From assembly GCA_035544955.1 (NCBI GenBank), contig DASZZN010000033.1, positions 139,329-203,328 on the forward strand: 64,000 nucleotides of DNA, in the 5' to 3' direction. A program made the position numbers and the translations under genes. Below the pieces are notes generated by a model. The model searched no databases and had not been told where the DNA came from. It saw only the letters and a program-made list of their open reading frames with translations. This document shows positions 41,040-60,027 of this stretch, piece after piece; within the stretch, counting starts at the first letter, position 1; the number at the start of each line of letters is the position of its first letter. Source of the stretch: Candidatus Dormiibacterota bacterium (GTDB lineage: Bacteria > Chloroflexota > Dormibacteria > CF-121).

Positions 41040-41560
41040 ATGTTTCCTGGTGCCAGCTTGATCCAGATTCTGATCCAGATTCTGATCCTGCTCTTGATCG
41101 TGCGCGCGATCTTCTCCTGGTTCCCGCAGATGCTGTACACCGAGGCCGGGCGGATCGTCGTCATGGCCACCGAGTGGTACCTGGCGCCGCTTCGCCGGGT
41201 CATCCCCCCGGCCGGCGGGCTGGATCTCTCTTTCCTCGTCGGCATCATTCTGCTCTATGCCTTGCAGGCCTTCATCGGCACGGCGAACATCGCGGTCGCC
41301 CTGCTCGTCATCGTCCGCTCTGCCCTTATCTTCTGCATCATCCTGGTGCTGATCCGCGTGTTCTTCGGGTTCTTTCAGATGGATCCCTGGCATCCGATCA
41401 CGCAGATGGTGATGCAGGCGACCGAGCCCTTTGCCCGGCCGTTCCGGCAGTGGTTTCCGAAACGCCCGCGCGAGTTCGATTGGGCGCCGATCGCGGCCTT
41501 CGTCGTTTTGCTGGCCGCCCTGGTCCTGGTCTCGACCCTGGCCAGCTTCTTCGGGATCGG

Positions 41561-41564
<4 letters not shown>
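41040..41564 (+). CDS. YggT-family membrane protein
   Basis: Two YggT repeats ('LLLIVRAIFSWFP' and 'LVLIRVFFGFFQMDPWHP'). Confidence 0.7.
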
Positions 41565-45120
<3,556 letters not shown>

Positions 45121-45124
<4 letters not shown>

Positions 45125-46353
45125 GCGTTCCGTTCGAGCTTGACGACCGCCTCGATGTGGAAGGTCTGGGGAAACATGTCGACGAAAGCCACCTCCACTA
45201 GGGTATAGCGTCCGGCGGCACAAAAACGATTGACATCTCGCGCCAGCGTCGACGGATCACACGAGATGTAGACAATCCGTTCGGCCCGCAAGTTCGCCAT
45301 CGCCTCGACGGCGGCCTCGGCACAACCGGCGCGTGGCGGATCGAGGACCACGACGTCGACGGCCTCATCGACCTGGCTCACGATATCCTCCACCCGGCCG
45401 CGGCGGTAGCGGACATTGCCACAGGCGTTGAGCTGCATGTTGAGCTCACCGAGCCGGACTGCGTAGGGACTCTCTTCTACCGCGATGACATTCGCGGCAT
45501 CACCGGCGAGACGAGCCGTGAGCATCCCGATCCCTGCATACGCGTCGACGACCTGCTCGCGACCACTGAGCTGCGCAAACGCGACCGCGCGCTCGTAGAG
45601 CACGTCGCGCTGCCGCGCGTTGACCTGGACGAACGCCTCAGGACGCACGCGAAAGTGCCGGCCGGCATCGTCCATGCCGATGGAATCGTCGTTGAGATTC
45701 AACTCCGGAATCCAACCCGCGGCCCGGGTGCCGAATCCAGGATCGGCCGTACCCGGTGGATAGGGCGCCCAGAGGAGATCGCTCGTGCCGGGCGCCCAGG
45801 TGAACTGCAGGGCCGTGACCCGAGCCGCCGCCGGATCCTCCGCGGCACGCGCGAATGCTGGGAGCGCCCGCTCGATCGCTTCGGCGTGGATCAGGCAGGC
45901 GTCGATCGGCAGCGTCTGGTACGTGTGCTTGCGGTAGAAGCCAAGGCTGACCGCTCCGCCGCGACGCAGGACGTGGAACTCGCCGCGGAGCCGGTAGCGC
46001 CAGGGATCATCCATCCCCAGGACGTCGATGCGATCGATCGGAAATTCCAGGTGGGCACGCTCGAGCTGGCGATGCAGCACCTGGCGTTTCTGGGCGAGCT
46101 GCTCAGGATAGGCGAGGTACTGCAGCTGACACCCGCCGCATCCCGCCTTGAAGTACGGACAGGGTGGCTCGACGCGCGCGGCTGCGGGGTCCAGCACCGC
46201 GGTGGCCTGGGCGCGCCAGAAGTCCTTGCGCCGATGCGTGACCTCGGCCTCGACCGTCTCGCCGGGGATGGCCCCTTCGACGAACACGACGCGGCCATCG
46301 ATGCGCGCCACCGCCGCCCCGCCGTGGGCGAGCTCGCCAACCGTCAGTTGCAC
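45121..46353 (-). CDS. rlmD: 23S rRNA (uracil-C5)-methyltransferase RlmD/RumA
   Basis: TRAM N-domain '[32 protein letters not shown]', Fe-S Cys cluster 'CPYFKAGCGGCQLQ', SAM-MTase motifs 'VVDAYAGIG' and 'VVLDPPRAG'; GTG start sharing 1 nt with gatB stop. Confidence 0.8.
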
Positions 46354-47804
46354 TATTTGATCTTCTCTCGGAGCGAGGCCTCGAGCCGCTGCGGGTTGGC
46401 CCGGCCTTTGGAGATCTTCATCCCCTGGCCGATGAGGAACTTCAGGGCCTGTTGCTTGCCCGCCTTGAAGTCCGCGACGGACTTGGCATTTTCGGCGATG
46501 ACCTGCTCGGCGATGGCCTCCAGCTCGGCGTCGCCGCTGATCTGGCTCGAGCCCTTCAATGCCGTCAGCGCCGGCGCTGGGTCGGGCGCGCGGTACATCA
46601 CCTCGAAGGTCTCCTTCGCCATCTTGCCGCTGATGACGCCCGAGTCGATCAGCTCGATCAATTGCTGCAGATGGGTGGGCTTGACCGACGCCTCCTCGAT
46701 CTCTTTGTGGTCGGCATTGAGCAGCCGGCTGAAGTCGCTGAGGATCCAGTTCGCCACCGCCTTCGCGGGAGCACCCAGCCGGACGGTTTCCTCGAAGTAG
46801 GCAGCCATCGGCTTCGACGAGGTCAGCAACGAGGCATCGTAGGGAGTCAGGCCGTAGGCGGTGATGAACCGTTCCCGGCGTGCCGCCGGCAGCTCGGGGA
46901 GGCTCGACCGGATCTCCGCCACCCACTCGCGGCTGACTTCGAGCGGCGGCAGGTCCGGCTCTGGAAAGTACCGATAGTCTTCGGCGAACTCCTTGGTGCG
47001 CTGCGACACCGTCAGTCCCCGGGCATCGTTCCAGCCGCGCGTCTCCTGGACCAGGCGGCCCCCCGTGTCGAGCACCTCGGTTTGCCGACCGATCTCGTAC
47101 TCGATCGCGCGGTGAATCGCCCGAAAGGAGTTCATGTTCTTGACCTCGACTTTGGTACCGAACTCCGCCTGGCCGACCGGCCGCAGCGACACGTTCGCGT
47201 CGCAGCGAAGTTGTCCTGACTCCATGTCGCCGTTGTTAACCCCGATGTACTGCAGGATCGCGCGCAAGCGCATGACGTACTCGCGCGCCTCGTCGGCGCT
47301 GCGCAGATCGGGCTCCGAGACGATCTCCATCAAGGGCACCCCGGCGCGGTTGAAGTCGACGAGCGAAGACTGGGACTCCTCAATCGCGCCGGCATGCTGC
47401 AGCTTGCCGGTGTCCTCCTCGAGGTGGACGCGGGTGATGCCGCAGCGCCGCGCCTCGCCTTTCACGTCGAAGTCGAGGTGACCGTTGCGGCTGAACGGCA
47501 GGTCATATTGCGAGATCTGGTAGCCCTTGGGCAGGTCTGGATAGAAGTAGTTCTTGCGATCGAACTTGGAAAATTCGGGAATCTCGCAGTTCAAGGCGAG
47601 CGCGGTGCGGATCGTCGCCTCGACCGCGCGTCGGTTGATCACCGGGAGCGATCCGGGGAGCCCGAGGCAGACCGGGCAGGTGTTCGCGTTGGGCGGCGTG
47701 GTCAGGTAGTCGGTCGAGCAGCCGCAAAACATCTTGCTCTGGGTCAGAACCTGGGCGTGTACCTCCAGGCCGACGACGACTTCGTATCGGGTGGCTACGG
47801 CCAT
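46353..47804 (-). CDS. gatB: Asp/Glu-tRNA amidotransferase subunit B
   Basis: '[24 protein letters not shown]' N-terminus, GatB/YqeY C-domain. Confidence 0.9.
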   Translation of the reverse strand: MAVATRYEVVVGLEVHAQVLTQSKMFCGCSTDYLTTPPNANTCPVCLGLPGSLPVINRRAVEATIRTALALNCEIPEFSKFDRKNYFYPDLPKGYQISQYDLPFSRNGHLDFDVKGEARRCGITRVHLEEDTGKLQHAGAIEESQSSLVDFNRAGVPLMEIVSEPDLRSADEAREYVMRLRAILQYIGVNNGDMESGQLRCDANVSLRPVGQAEFGTKVEVKNMNSFRAIHRAIEYEIGRQTEVLDTGGRLVQETRGWNDARGLTVSQRTKEFAEDYRYFPEPDLPPLEVSREWVAEIRSSLPELPAARRERFITAYGLTPYDASLLTSSKPMAAYFEETVRLGAPAKAVANWILSDFSRLLNADHKEIEEASVKPTHLQQLIELIDSGVISGKMAKETFEVMYRAPDPAPALTALKGSSQISGDAELEAIAEQVIAENAKSVADFKAGKQQALKFLIGQGMKISKGRANPQRLEASLREKIK

Positions 47805-49276
47805 CAGGCCGCCGACCGCATCAGTGGAGACTGCAGCTTGCGGAAGTCGGACGCCGCCTCGAAGGCATAGGCGACCTGCAGCGCGACCTCTTCCCGGAAT
47901 CCGGGCGCGATCACCTGCAGGCCGATCGGCAGGCCGTCGGCAAGGCCGCACGGCACCGAGATGCCGCAGACGTTTCCCAGGTTCGCCGGGATCGTAATGA
48001 TGTCGTTGAGGTACATCGCCACCGGATCCTGCGTCTTCGCTCCCAGAGGGAAAGCGACGGTCGGGGAAGTGGCCCCCAGCAGCGCGTCGACTTTCTGGAA
48101 GGCGGCTTTGAAGTCCTCGATGATCAGGGTGCGGACCTTTTGGGCCTGCAGGTAGTAGGCGTCGTAGTAGCCGGAGCTGAGTGCGTAGGTGCCGAGCACG
48201 ATCCGGCGCTTGACCTCGGGGCCGAAACCCTGCTGACGCGTGAGCATGTACTCCTCGATCAGATTTTTCGCGCCTTCCGCCTGGTAGCCGTATCGGACCC
48301 CGTCGTAGCGCGCAAGATTGGAGCTGGCCTCGGCCGGCGCGATGACGTAGTAGGCGGGCAGGGCGACGTCGCTATGGGGCAGGCTGACTTCCTCGATCGA
48401 CGCCCCCTGCTGCTCGAGGAGGCGTATCGCGTCGCGGACCGCCTGCTCGACCGCCGGCTCCATCCCGGCGACGAAGTATTCCTTCGGCACCCCCAGGCGC
48501 TTGCCCTTGACGCCATTGCGCAGGGTCGCCAGGTAATCGGGCACCGGGCGCGTCGAGCTGGTGGAGTCGCGAGGATCGTGCCCAGCGATCGCCTGCAGCA
48601 GGACGGCGCTGTCGGCGACGTCGCGCGTCATCGGGCCGATCTGATCGAGCGATGAGGCAAACGCGATCAGTCCGTAGCGGCTGACGCGCCCGTACGTCGG
48701 CTTAAAGCCGACGATGCCGGTCAGCGCCGCCGGCTGCCGGATGGAGCCGCCGGTGTCGCTGCCGAGCCCCCCGATGGCTTCGCCGGACGCGACCGCCGCG
48801 GCCGACCCGCCGCTCGAACCGCCCGGGACCCGGTCGAGCGCCCAGGGATTGTGCACCGGCCAATAGCCCGAGTTCTCGTTCGAGGAGCCCATCGCGAACT
48901 CGTCGCAGTTCGTCTTGCCCAAAAAGACGGCCCCTTCGGCCTCGAGACGCTCGACCACGGTCGCGCTGTAGGGCGGCGAAAATCCTTTGAGGATCTTGGA
49001 CCCTGCGGTGGAAACGACGTCCTGTACGCAGAGGACGTCCTTCAGCGCGATCGGGATCCCGGTGAGCGGCTTCACATCGCGTTTGGCGCGTAGCCGCTCG
49101 TCGGCCGCCTTCGCCTGGCGAAGCGCCAGGTCGCGGGTGACGACCAGGTAGGCCTTCGTCTTCTCGCCGACTGCCGCGATCTGGCCGAGCACCGACTCGG
49201 TCAGCTCGACCGACGAGATCTCTCGGTCGACCAGCATCTGGTGCAGCTCGCGGATCGTTCGCTGAAAGAGCGTCAT
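47804..49276 (-). CDS. gatA: Asp/Glu-tRNA amidotransferase subunit A
   Basis: Amidase signature '[14 protein letters not shown]'. Confidence 0.9.
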   Translation of the reverse strand: MTLFQRTIRELHQMLVDREISSVELTESVLGQIAAVGEKTKAYLVVTRDLALRQAKAADERLRAKRDVKPLTGIPIALKDVLCVQDVVSTAGSKILKGFSPPYSATVVERLEAEGAVFLGKTNCDEFAMGSSNENSGYWPVHNPWALDRVPGGSSGGSAAAVASGEAIGGLGSDTGGSIRQPAALTGIVGFKPTYGRVSRYGLIAFASSLDQIGPMTRDVADSAVLLQAIAGHDPRDSTSSTRPVPDYLATLRNGVKGKRLGVPKEYFVAGMEPAVEQAVRDAIRLLEQQGASIEEVSLPHSDVALPAYYVIAPAEASSNLARYDGVRYGYQAEGAKNLIEEYMLTRQQGFGPEVKRRIVLGTYALSSGYYDAYYLQAQKVRTLIIEDFKAAFQKVDALLGATSPTVAFPLGAKTQDPVAMYLNDIITIPANLGNVCGISVPCGLADGLPIGLQVIAPGFREEVALQVAYAFEAASDFRKLQSPLMRSAA

Positions 49277-49575
49277 TCCTGGATCGCCTTGACCTTAAAG
49301 TACGGGCCTTCGCGGCTGGGAGCATTTTTCAGCGCCGCCTCGGCCGGGAGCGAGGGTTCCCTTACGTCCTCCCGCATCACGTTCCGCTCTTCGAGCGGGT
49401 GCGCGGTCGCCGGCACCTTCGAGGTATCGGCCCGTTTCAGGGCGTCGATCGCGGTCAGGATGTGGCGCAGCTGATCCCGGTAGCGGACGACTTCTTCTGG
49501 TGTGATCCCCAGTCGCGCCAGGCGGGCAACGTGCTCGACCTCGCGGGACGAAAGCTCAGACTCGGGTTCGGGCAA
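49273..49575 (-). CDS. gatC: Asp/Glu-tRNA amidotransferase subunit C
   Basis: 100 aa, 'VEHVARLARLGITPEE' GatC N-terminus; ATGA-coupled to gatA. Confidence 0.85.
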   Translation of the reverse strand: MPEPESELSSREVEHVARLARLGITPEEVVRYRDQLRHILTAIDALKRADTSKVPATAHPLEERNVMREDVREPSLPAEAALKNAPSREGPYFKVKAIQE

Positions 49576-49585
49576 GACCTATAGG

Positions 49586-49884
49586 TTACCGAAGCAAGCC
49601 GGTCACCTGGAGCAGTAATCCGAGGACGTAAAACCCGACGAGCATGCCGGCGACGATCGACAGCTTCTGGTGGGTCGCATCGGCCGGCCCCTGCGCCGAT
49701 TGGACCAAGCCACCGCCGTCCCGAGCGCCGCGCCGCCCGCCCCAAAAAGACCAACGAAGAACGATTGGTGAAACACCAGCAAGATGACGAACGAAAGCAG
49801 GACGATGAACAAGAAGCCGGCGCCCGCGAACCACCACGGGTGCCGCATCGCGTACGTGTTAATTCGTCGGTTGAGGGTCAGCAC
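49586..49884 (-). pseudogene. small two-TM membrane protein split by an apparent -1 frameshift
   Basis: Two ORFs (49603-49884 and 49586-49837) on same strand; each is hydrophobic and GC3-rich only in one half; switch near 49700-49730 in a GGCGG-rich run. Confidence 0.35.
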
Positions 49885-49917
49885 CCCGCTACTGTCCTGA
49901 ACCGAGGGTACTAAGAA

Positions 49918-52900
49918 CTAGGCGCTGAGCGCGCCGTTCAGGGCAGCACGCGCCCGTAGCCACGGCCCAAGAAGGCCGGCCGCGGCTGGGCGGGCGATGT
50001 GGAAGCCCTGGATGAAGTCACAGCCGTACTCGCGCAGCAGCGCCTCGGTCTCCTCATCCTCGACGCCCTCCGCCACGACTTTCATCCCCAGGTTGTGCCC
50101 GAGATCGATCGTCGAGCGCACGATGGCGGCGCCGTCCCCGTTTGTCGCCATGTCCAGGACGAAGGACTTGTCGATTTTGATCTCCTGTACCGGCAGGCGC
50201 TTGAGGTAGGTCAGCGACGAGTAGCCGGTGCCGAAGTCATCGACCGAGATCCCGACGCCCATGGCGTGCAGTCGCTGCAGCGTTTCCTCCGCCTCAGTCG
50301 ATGCGATGATCGACCGCTCGGTGATTTCGAGGCTGAGCATCTCGGGAGCCACCTGCCACGTGCGTAGCAATTCTGCCACGGCATCGGGAAGCTCCTCGTC
50401 GAGCAGGTTTCGGGCCGAGAGATTCACGGCCACCCCGATGTCGATGCCCGCTCTCGACCAGGCATTAACCTGGCCCAGGGCCTCGTTGAGCACCCACGCG
50501 GTCAGCGGCTTGATCAGGTTGGTCTGCTCCGCGGAGGGGATGAAGTCATCGGGTGGCAGCAACCCGTGGCTGGGATGGCCCCAGCGAACCAGCGCCTCCA
50601 CCTTGATGGGAAGCCCGTCCGTCGCTGACACGATGGGCTGGTAGTGAAGCACGAGCTCGAACTGGTCGATGGCGTAGCGCAGCTTGCCAATCAGCGGCAC
50701 GCGTCCGCCGTTTTCACCGCCCTCCTGGTCGGCCGAGTAAACGCTGAAACCGCTCCGGGCGCGCTTGGCCGCGTACATCGCGACATCCGCCCGGCGCGTC
50801 AGGGCGTCGGCATCGTCGGCGTGCTGCGGGAAGATTGCAATCCCGATGCTCATAGGGACGGTGATGGGCTGGTCGTCGATGGTAAAGGGGTTGTCGACCG
50901 CCTGCAGGATCTTTTCCGCGATCAGTACCGCACGGGTAACATCGGTCGCGCCCCACGGCACGACAGCAAACTCGTCGCCACCATAGCGGGCGATGGTGTC
51001 CGCCCTGCGGAGCACGCCACGCATCCGCTGACCAACCTGCTGCAGCAGCCGGTCGCCTGCCTCGTGTCCGAGGCTGTCGTTCACGCTCTTAAACCCATCA
51101 AGGTCCATCAGCAAGACCGCACACGGTTTCATCTCACGCTCACCGGCGCGAATCGTCTCCTCGAGCCGCTCGCGGAGAAACGTCCGATTAGGCAGGCCCG
51201 TCAAGGGATCGTGCAGCGCGCGGTACTGCAGCGCCTCCGTCTCCGCCTTGCGCTCCGAGAAGTCGCGCAGGCTCCCGATCACCAACCGCTGCGGGCCGAG
51301 CCGGCCGACGTTGAACTCCATTGGGAAAGCGATGCCATCCTTCCGGAGGCCCGACGTCTCGTGGCGGCCCATCATCACCTCGCGCTTGTGCGGGCGCAAG
51401 TAGGCGCGAAGCTGCGGCTTGATTTCTCCGCGGCACGCATCGGCGATCAGACGCGCGAACTCCTTTCCGATCACCTCTTCCGGGGCGTAGCCAAAGAGCC
51501 GCTCCGCCGCCGGGTTATAGGAGCGGATGACCAGGCGCTCGTCGATGGTGATGATGCCGTCGGCAACGTTGTCTAGAATCGCGCGGATCCGGTCGCCGCT
51601 GCGTCGCAATTCCTCCTCGGCCCGACGCCGCTCGATGAAGTGGCCGATCTGGCTGCCGATGTCGGCCATCACCCGGATGGTAGGGCGGTCCAGTGAGTGC
51701 CGCTCGTTGCTGAAGAGGGCAATGACGCCGGTGACCTTCCGCCCATTCGTGACCGCAAAGGCGAACTTGGCGTGCAGCCCGGCGCTCAGCGCCGCCGAAG
51801 TGCGCGGCGAAACGCGGTCGCCGGCGACATCCTCGATCGACGTGGCACGGCCGGTCGCCCACACTCGACCGACCAGTCCGGCCCCGCGGGCGAACGTTAA
51901 CTCGCGGCTGGCGGCTTCGAACGCCGCGACATCCTTGGTCGGCCGGTACCACCCAAACTCCAAGCGCAGGACATTCGCCTCCCGATCCACCGCCCAGAAC
52001 TCGCCGACCGTCCAGCCCAGCGTCTCGCAGATGCCCTGCAGAACTTGGGGTGCCGCCTCCGCCCAGGTTGCGGCGTTGGCCAGCGGCCGGGTGACGGCAA
52101 ACTGCACGCCGCGCAGGCGCTCGGCCATGCGTCGCTGGCTGACATCGCTGACGAACGCAACGAAGGCCACGTTCGCGCCGGAACGCGACGTCGCCGCGAC
52201 CGAGATCTCGACGGGAAATTCATGGCCGTCCCGGTGCAGCCCCGCCAGCTCGACCGTCTTGCCGACCAGCCGGCCGTCGCCGGTTTCAATGAACCGTGCC
52301 AGCCCCCGCTGGTGGGCCTCCCGATAACGACGCGCAATGATCGTGCCCGTCATGGTCCGTCCCATGGCTTCATCGTGCGACCACCCGAAGATCTGTTCCG
52401 CCTTCCGGTTCCAGCCGGTGATGAGGCCGCTTTCGTCCGCCGTGATCACGGCACTTGGTGACGTGTCGATGATGACCTGAAGCCGTTGCTGCGACACCTT
52501 GAGCTGTTCCACGACCCGCAGTTGGACCTCGGCGTCCTGGCGGGCGGCGTTATAGAGACCGACCGTGCCCACCAGGAGGGCGGCGCAGGGAAGCACCGTC
52601 AAGGCATGCCCGACGTACCAGAATCCGTCGTACCGAGCCTGCATGAACATGAAGACCATGGTCTCGATGCAGACGAAGATCAAACCGGCGATCACACTCG
52701 TCGCGATGCGGCGGTCCGGGCCACGCGCGCGGCGATAAGCGAGGGCGACAAAGGCGATGGCGAGAAACGGGCCGCCCTGAAGCAGGGTGTTGAATCCGGT
52801 GAAGCGGCCGTCGACGATCAGCGGAGGCAGGATGGGAGCGAGACCGGCTGTGACGGCGACGGCCGCGAGACTCACACCCAACGCCAGGGCAACGGCCCTG

Positions 52901-53370
52901 ACCAATGACCGCCGCGGTTCGGCCAGCGGACCGGCCCGGTGGAAGAGGATCCAGGCGAAGAGCACCGGTGTGCCGATGTGCGCGACGTGAAAGAGGACGG
53001 GCGCTGTCTGGTTGGTCACGAACGGCATCATGAACGGAGCGACACCCGGGAAGGTCAGCATGTGCTGCAGCCACAACACGCCGAGCACGATGCTGACGAA
53101 CGCCAGGGGAAGCGACCGGCCATGGCGGCGGATCACCACGTCGGTCGACGAGAGAAGGAGGACGACGGCGAGCATGACCACCATGGCGCTGTCGAGCACC
53201 GGCACGTACCAGGTGAGGGGCAGGGTGGCATCGGGCAAGAGGGCTCCGAGGACCGAAACCACCATGATGATGGTGGCCGCCAGCAAGGCGACCAGACCAC
53301 GGGCGCCGATCTTCTTTAGGCGACCGACGGCGCGACCGCCGGGCACCGCCAGGACGGGCGGGATCGACAT
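49918..53370 (-). CDS. membrane-anchored PAS-GAF-PAS-GGDEF-EAL signalling protein
   Basis: ~8 N-terminal TM helices; 'RYGGDEFAV' GGDEF motif; 'EALVRW' and 'ELKIDKSFV' EAL motifs. Confidence 0.9.
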   Translation of the reverse strand: MSIPPVLAVPGGRAVGRLKKIGARGLVALLAATIIMVVSVLGALLPDATLPLTWYVPVLDSAMVVMLAVVLLLSSTDVVIRRHGRSLPLAFVSIVLGVLWLQHMLTFPGVAPFMMPFVTNQTAPVLFHVAHIGTPVLFAWILFHRAGPLAEPRRSLVRAVALALGVSLAAVAVTAGLAPILPPLIVDGRFTGFNTLLQGGPFLAIAFVALAYRRARGPDRRIATSVIAGLIFVCIETMVFMFMQARYDGFWYVGHALTVLPCAALLVGTVGLYNAARQDAEVQLRVVEQLKVSQQRLQVIIDTSPSAVITADESGLITGWNRKAEQIFGWSHDEAMGRTMTGTIIARRYREAHQRGLARFIETGDGRLVGKTVELAGLHRDGHEFPVEISVAATSRSGANVAFVAFVSDVSQRRMAERLRGVQFAVTRPLANAATWAEAAPQVLQGICETLGWTVGEFWAVDREANVLRLEFGWYRPTKDVAAFEAASRELTFARGAGLVGRVWATGRATSIEDVAGDRVSPRTSAALSAGLHAKFAFAVTNGRKVTGVIALFSNERHSLDRPTIRVMADIGSQIGHFIERRRAEEELRRSGDRIRAILDNVADGIITIDERLVIRSYNPAAERLFGYAPEEVIGKEFARLIADACRGEIKPQLRAYLRPHKREVMMGRHETSGLRKDGIAFPMEFNVGRLGPQRLVIGSLRDFSERKAETEALQYRALHDPLTGLPNRTFLRERLEETIRAGEREMKPCAVLLMDLDGFKSVNDSLGHEAGDRLLQQVGQRMRGVLRRADTIARYGGDEFAVVPWGATDVTRAVLIAEKILQAVDNPFTIDDQPITVPMSIGIAIFPQHADDADALTRRADVAMYAAKRARSGFSVYSADQEGGENGGRVPLIGKLRYAIDQFELVLHYQPIVSATDGLPIKVEALVRWGHPSHGLLPPDDFIPSAEQTNLIKPLTAWVLNEALGQVNAWSRAGIDIGVAVNLSARNLLDEELPDAVAELLRTWQVAPEMLSLEITERSIIASTEAEETLQRLHAMGVGISVDDFGTGYSSLTYLKRLPVQEIKIDKSFVLDMATNGDGAAIVRSTIDLGHNLGMKVVAEGVEDEETEALLREYGCDFIQGFHIARPAAAGLLGPWLRARAALNGALSA

Positions 53371-53499
53371 GCCCGCAATATGCGTCGCGCCCCGCGAAAG
53401 AAAGGTTAAGGACCTGTCACGAGTCGTTACAAATTCTGATAGCGTTCACCCAGCGTTATCTGCGATCCCCTGTATCCCCGAGTGACCGTGCCTAGGTTG

Positions 53500-57785
<4,286 letters not shown>

Positions 57786-57833
57786 AGTTAGCGCAGAAAC
57801 GAAAACGCGCGAAAGGGCGGCGCGGCGGACGCG

Positions 57834-59300
57834 CTAGTGGCGGCGGCCGCGACCGCGCATCCGGCCGGCGGCCATGTTGTCCGTGTCGTCGTCGTCCTCG
57901 GCGTTCCTCTTTTGCCTGGACGCCTTGAACGACTCCGAGAAGGTGCTGATGAACTGATCGCGCAGTTCCATCGTCGAGACCTCGAATGCGTCCTTCAGCG
58001 TCCAGTGGTCGTCCGGCGAGTACTTACGCTCGCACGCCCAGAGCAGGAACGTGATCAGTTGCACATTGATGCTCGCCATGAGCTTCGAATCGCCCTTCGT
58101 CTTGGCGGTCTTATCCTTGCCCTTGCGTTTTGGGCCGGCGGCGGCCGGCGGTGGAGCCACGGTACCATCACCTGTTCGGACACCCCAGGTCGGCGCGCTC
58201 GGCGCGGGCGCCACAGCCGGCGCTTGCGCGACCAGGCTGGCGCGCAATGACGCCAGGTCGTCCTTGGGGGCCGTCTTGGCAGGCTCGGGAGCGGCCGGCG
58301 CCGGCATCGGCGCGGCCGGCGGCTGGTACGAGGGGATGGCGTCTCGTTTCTTGGGAATTGCCATCGGCGGCACCGAAAAGCTCTGCGGCGTCAGCGGCCG
58401 AGTCGGCGCCGCGGGCGCAGCCGGCGGTGGAGGCCCTACGGGCGGCATCATTGGCAGCGGCATCCCCTGTGGCGACATCGCTTGCTGGGGCATTGGCTGC
58501 TGCGGCATCGGCTGCTGCGGCATTTGCTGCTGGGGCATCCCCTGCTGCGGCATTTGCTGCTGTTGAGGCATCCCCTGCTGGGGATAGGCCGGGTAGCCAG
58601 GCTGGGGCTGGCCGGGATACCCCTGCTGCTGAGGGTACGGCTGGCCCTGTGGCTGCGCGCCCGGGTATTGGGCGCCCTGCTGATAGGGGGCGGCGGGATA
58701 ACCGGGTTGCTGGGGGTAGCCGCCAGCGCCCCACGAGGGAGCTTGCGGCATTCCGGGCTGCGGAGCCGGCGGCCAGCCCTGAGGGGCTCCCTGGGCAGGT
58801 GCGCCAGGATACTGGCCCGGTGGCGGCCCCTGCTGTGGCCACGGTGGCACCTGGCCTGGCACCGGCTGCGAGTAGGTCCGGTAGACGGGCGCGATCGGCC
58901 GCTGCTGATCGGGCGGGATGTAGGGAGCCGAGGGGCCCTGCAGCACCGCCTGACTGCGTCGGAGCAGGTCCAGCAGGCGGCCCTTATCGATATAGAGGTT
59001 GCCAGCGAGGGTGGGATTGACGCCCGGCGTAAAGGTGAACTCGCCGCTCTGGAACTCCCAGAGGAGATCGAAGGCCTGACGGGCGCCACGGACACGGCCC
59101 CCGCGGGCATGTGTCAGCGCACCGGACTGAAAGGCATAGACCCACTCCCCACGAGGCTCTCGGAGCTCCAGGACGCCAGATTGGCTGTTGTTGACCACCT
59201 GATCGAGGAGTCCGAGCAGCCCAACACGATCGATGGGGCTGAACGCCGGGGCTTTGGACCGGGCAGCCGGCTCCCCTTTGCCCTTGGCGAAGAGCTTCAC
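57834..59300 (-). CDS. DUF4388-domain protein with ~200-aa Pro/Gln-rich repeat region
   Basis: N-terminal 'LLGLLDQVVNNSQSGVLEL...EWVYAFQSGALTHA' DUF4388-like; central PQQ/MPQQ repeats; conserved-looking acidic C-terminal domain. Confidence 0.7.
   Translation of the reverse strand: MKLFAKGKGEPAARSKAPAFSPIDRVGLLGLLDQVVNNSQSGVLELREPRGEWVYAFQSGALTHARGGRVRGARQAFDLLWEFQSGEFTFTPGVNPTLAGNLYIDKGRLLDLLRRSQAVLQGPSAPYIPPDQQRPIAPVYRTYSQPVPGQVPPWPQQGPPPGQYPGAPAQGAPQGWPPAPQPGMPQAPSWGAGGYPQQPGYPAAPYQQGAQYPGAQPQGQPYPQQQGYPGQPQPGYPAYPQQGMPQQQQMPQQGMPQQQMPQQPMPQQPMPQQAMSPQGMPLPMMPPVGPPPPAAPAAPTRPLTPQSFSVPPMAIPKKRDAIPSYQPPAAPMPAPAAPEPAKTAPKDDLASLRASLVAQAPAVAPAPSAPTWGVRTGDGTVAPPPAAAGPKRKGKDKTAKTKGDSKLMASINVQLITFLLWACERKYSPDDHWTLKDAFEVSTMELRDQFISTFSESFKASRQKRNAEDDDDTDNMAAGRMRGRGRRH
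58440..58600 (-). repeat. tandem ~15-18-bp repeats (GGCATYKGCTGCTGC on + strand) encoding M/P-Q-Q-Q-x units
   Basis: Read directly: ggcattggctgctgcggcatcggctgctgcggcatttgctgctggggcatcccctgctgcggcatttgctgctg. Confidence 0.8.
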
Positions 59301-59350
59301 ACCGCTGTAACCGGCGATGGGAGGCTGTCCTTGCCCGTGTAAAACCCCCG

Positions 59351-59989
59351 CTACAACGTGTTACCGGCCAGCAGCAGTGCTCTAACCTCGTCGTCGGTGA
59401 CCTGTGGCCATTCCTCGAAGAAGTTCCCGACCGCGTAGAACGGCTCCGGAGTCGCCAAACAGACGAATTCATCGACCAGCGGATCGAGCCAGGCGGCGGT
59501 ATCCGGCGGCGCGACCGGGGCTGCCAGCACCACCCGCTGAGCGCCACGGCGGCGAACCGTCTGAATACCTGCCTGCGCCGTGTACCCGGTGGCAACGCCA
59601 TCGTCGGTCAGAATCACGGTTCGGCCCTCGAGCGACGGCATCGCCCCCGCGCCCAGCGCCGCCAGCCAGGCGCGCAGTTCCTCGCGCTGGTGAGCAGCCG
59701 CCTGGAAGAGGTCGTCCTCGGTGAGCCCGAGGTGCTGGCTCAGCCGGCGATCGAAGACGAGTACCGCATCATCGTCGACGGCACCGATGGCGAGCTCGGG
59801 ATTGCCGGGCGCGCCAAGCTTTCGAACCGGGCAGATCCCGAGCGGTAGATGGAGATCGACTGCGATCGCCTTTGCCACGACCGTGCCGCCGCGTGGAATG
59901 CCAAGGACGACCGTGCGTCCCTGGTCACGGTAGCGCTGCAGCGCTGCCGCCAGCTGCTCGCCAGCATCGACCCGATCGCGAAAAACCAC
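59351..59989 (-). CDS. phosphoribosyltransferase-domain protein
   Basis: 'VVLGIPRGG' and '[13 protein letters not shown]' PRTase motifs; GTG start chosen to avoid overlap with the divergent peroxiredoxin. Confidence 0.7.
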   Translation of the reverse strand: MVFRDRVDAGEQLAAALQRYRDQGRTVVLGIPRGGTVVAKAIAVDLHLPLGICPVRKLGAPGNPELAIGAVDDDAVLVFDRRLSQHLGLTEDDLFQAAAHQREELRAWLAALGAGAMPSLEGRTVILTDDGVATGYTAQAGIQTVRRRGAQRVVLAAPVAPPDTAAWLDPLVDEFVCLATPEPFYAVGNFFEEWPQVTDDEVRALLLAGNTL

Positions 59990-60027
59990 CGAACTACAAT
60001 AAGTCGATGTCGATCGCCACGCCGACC

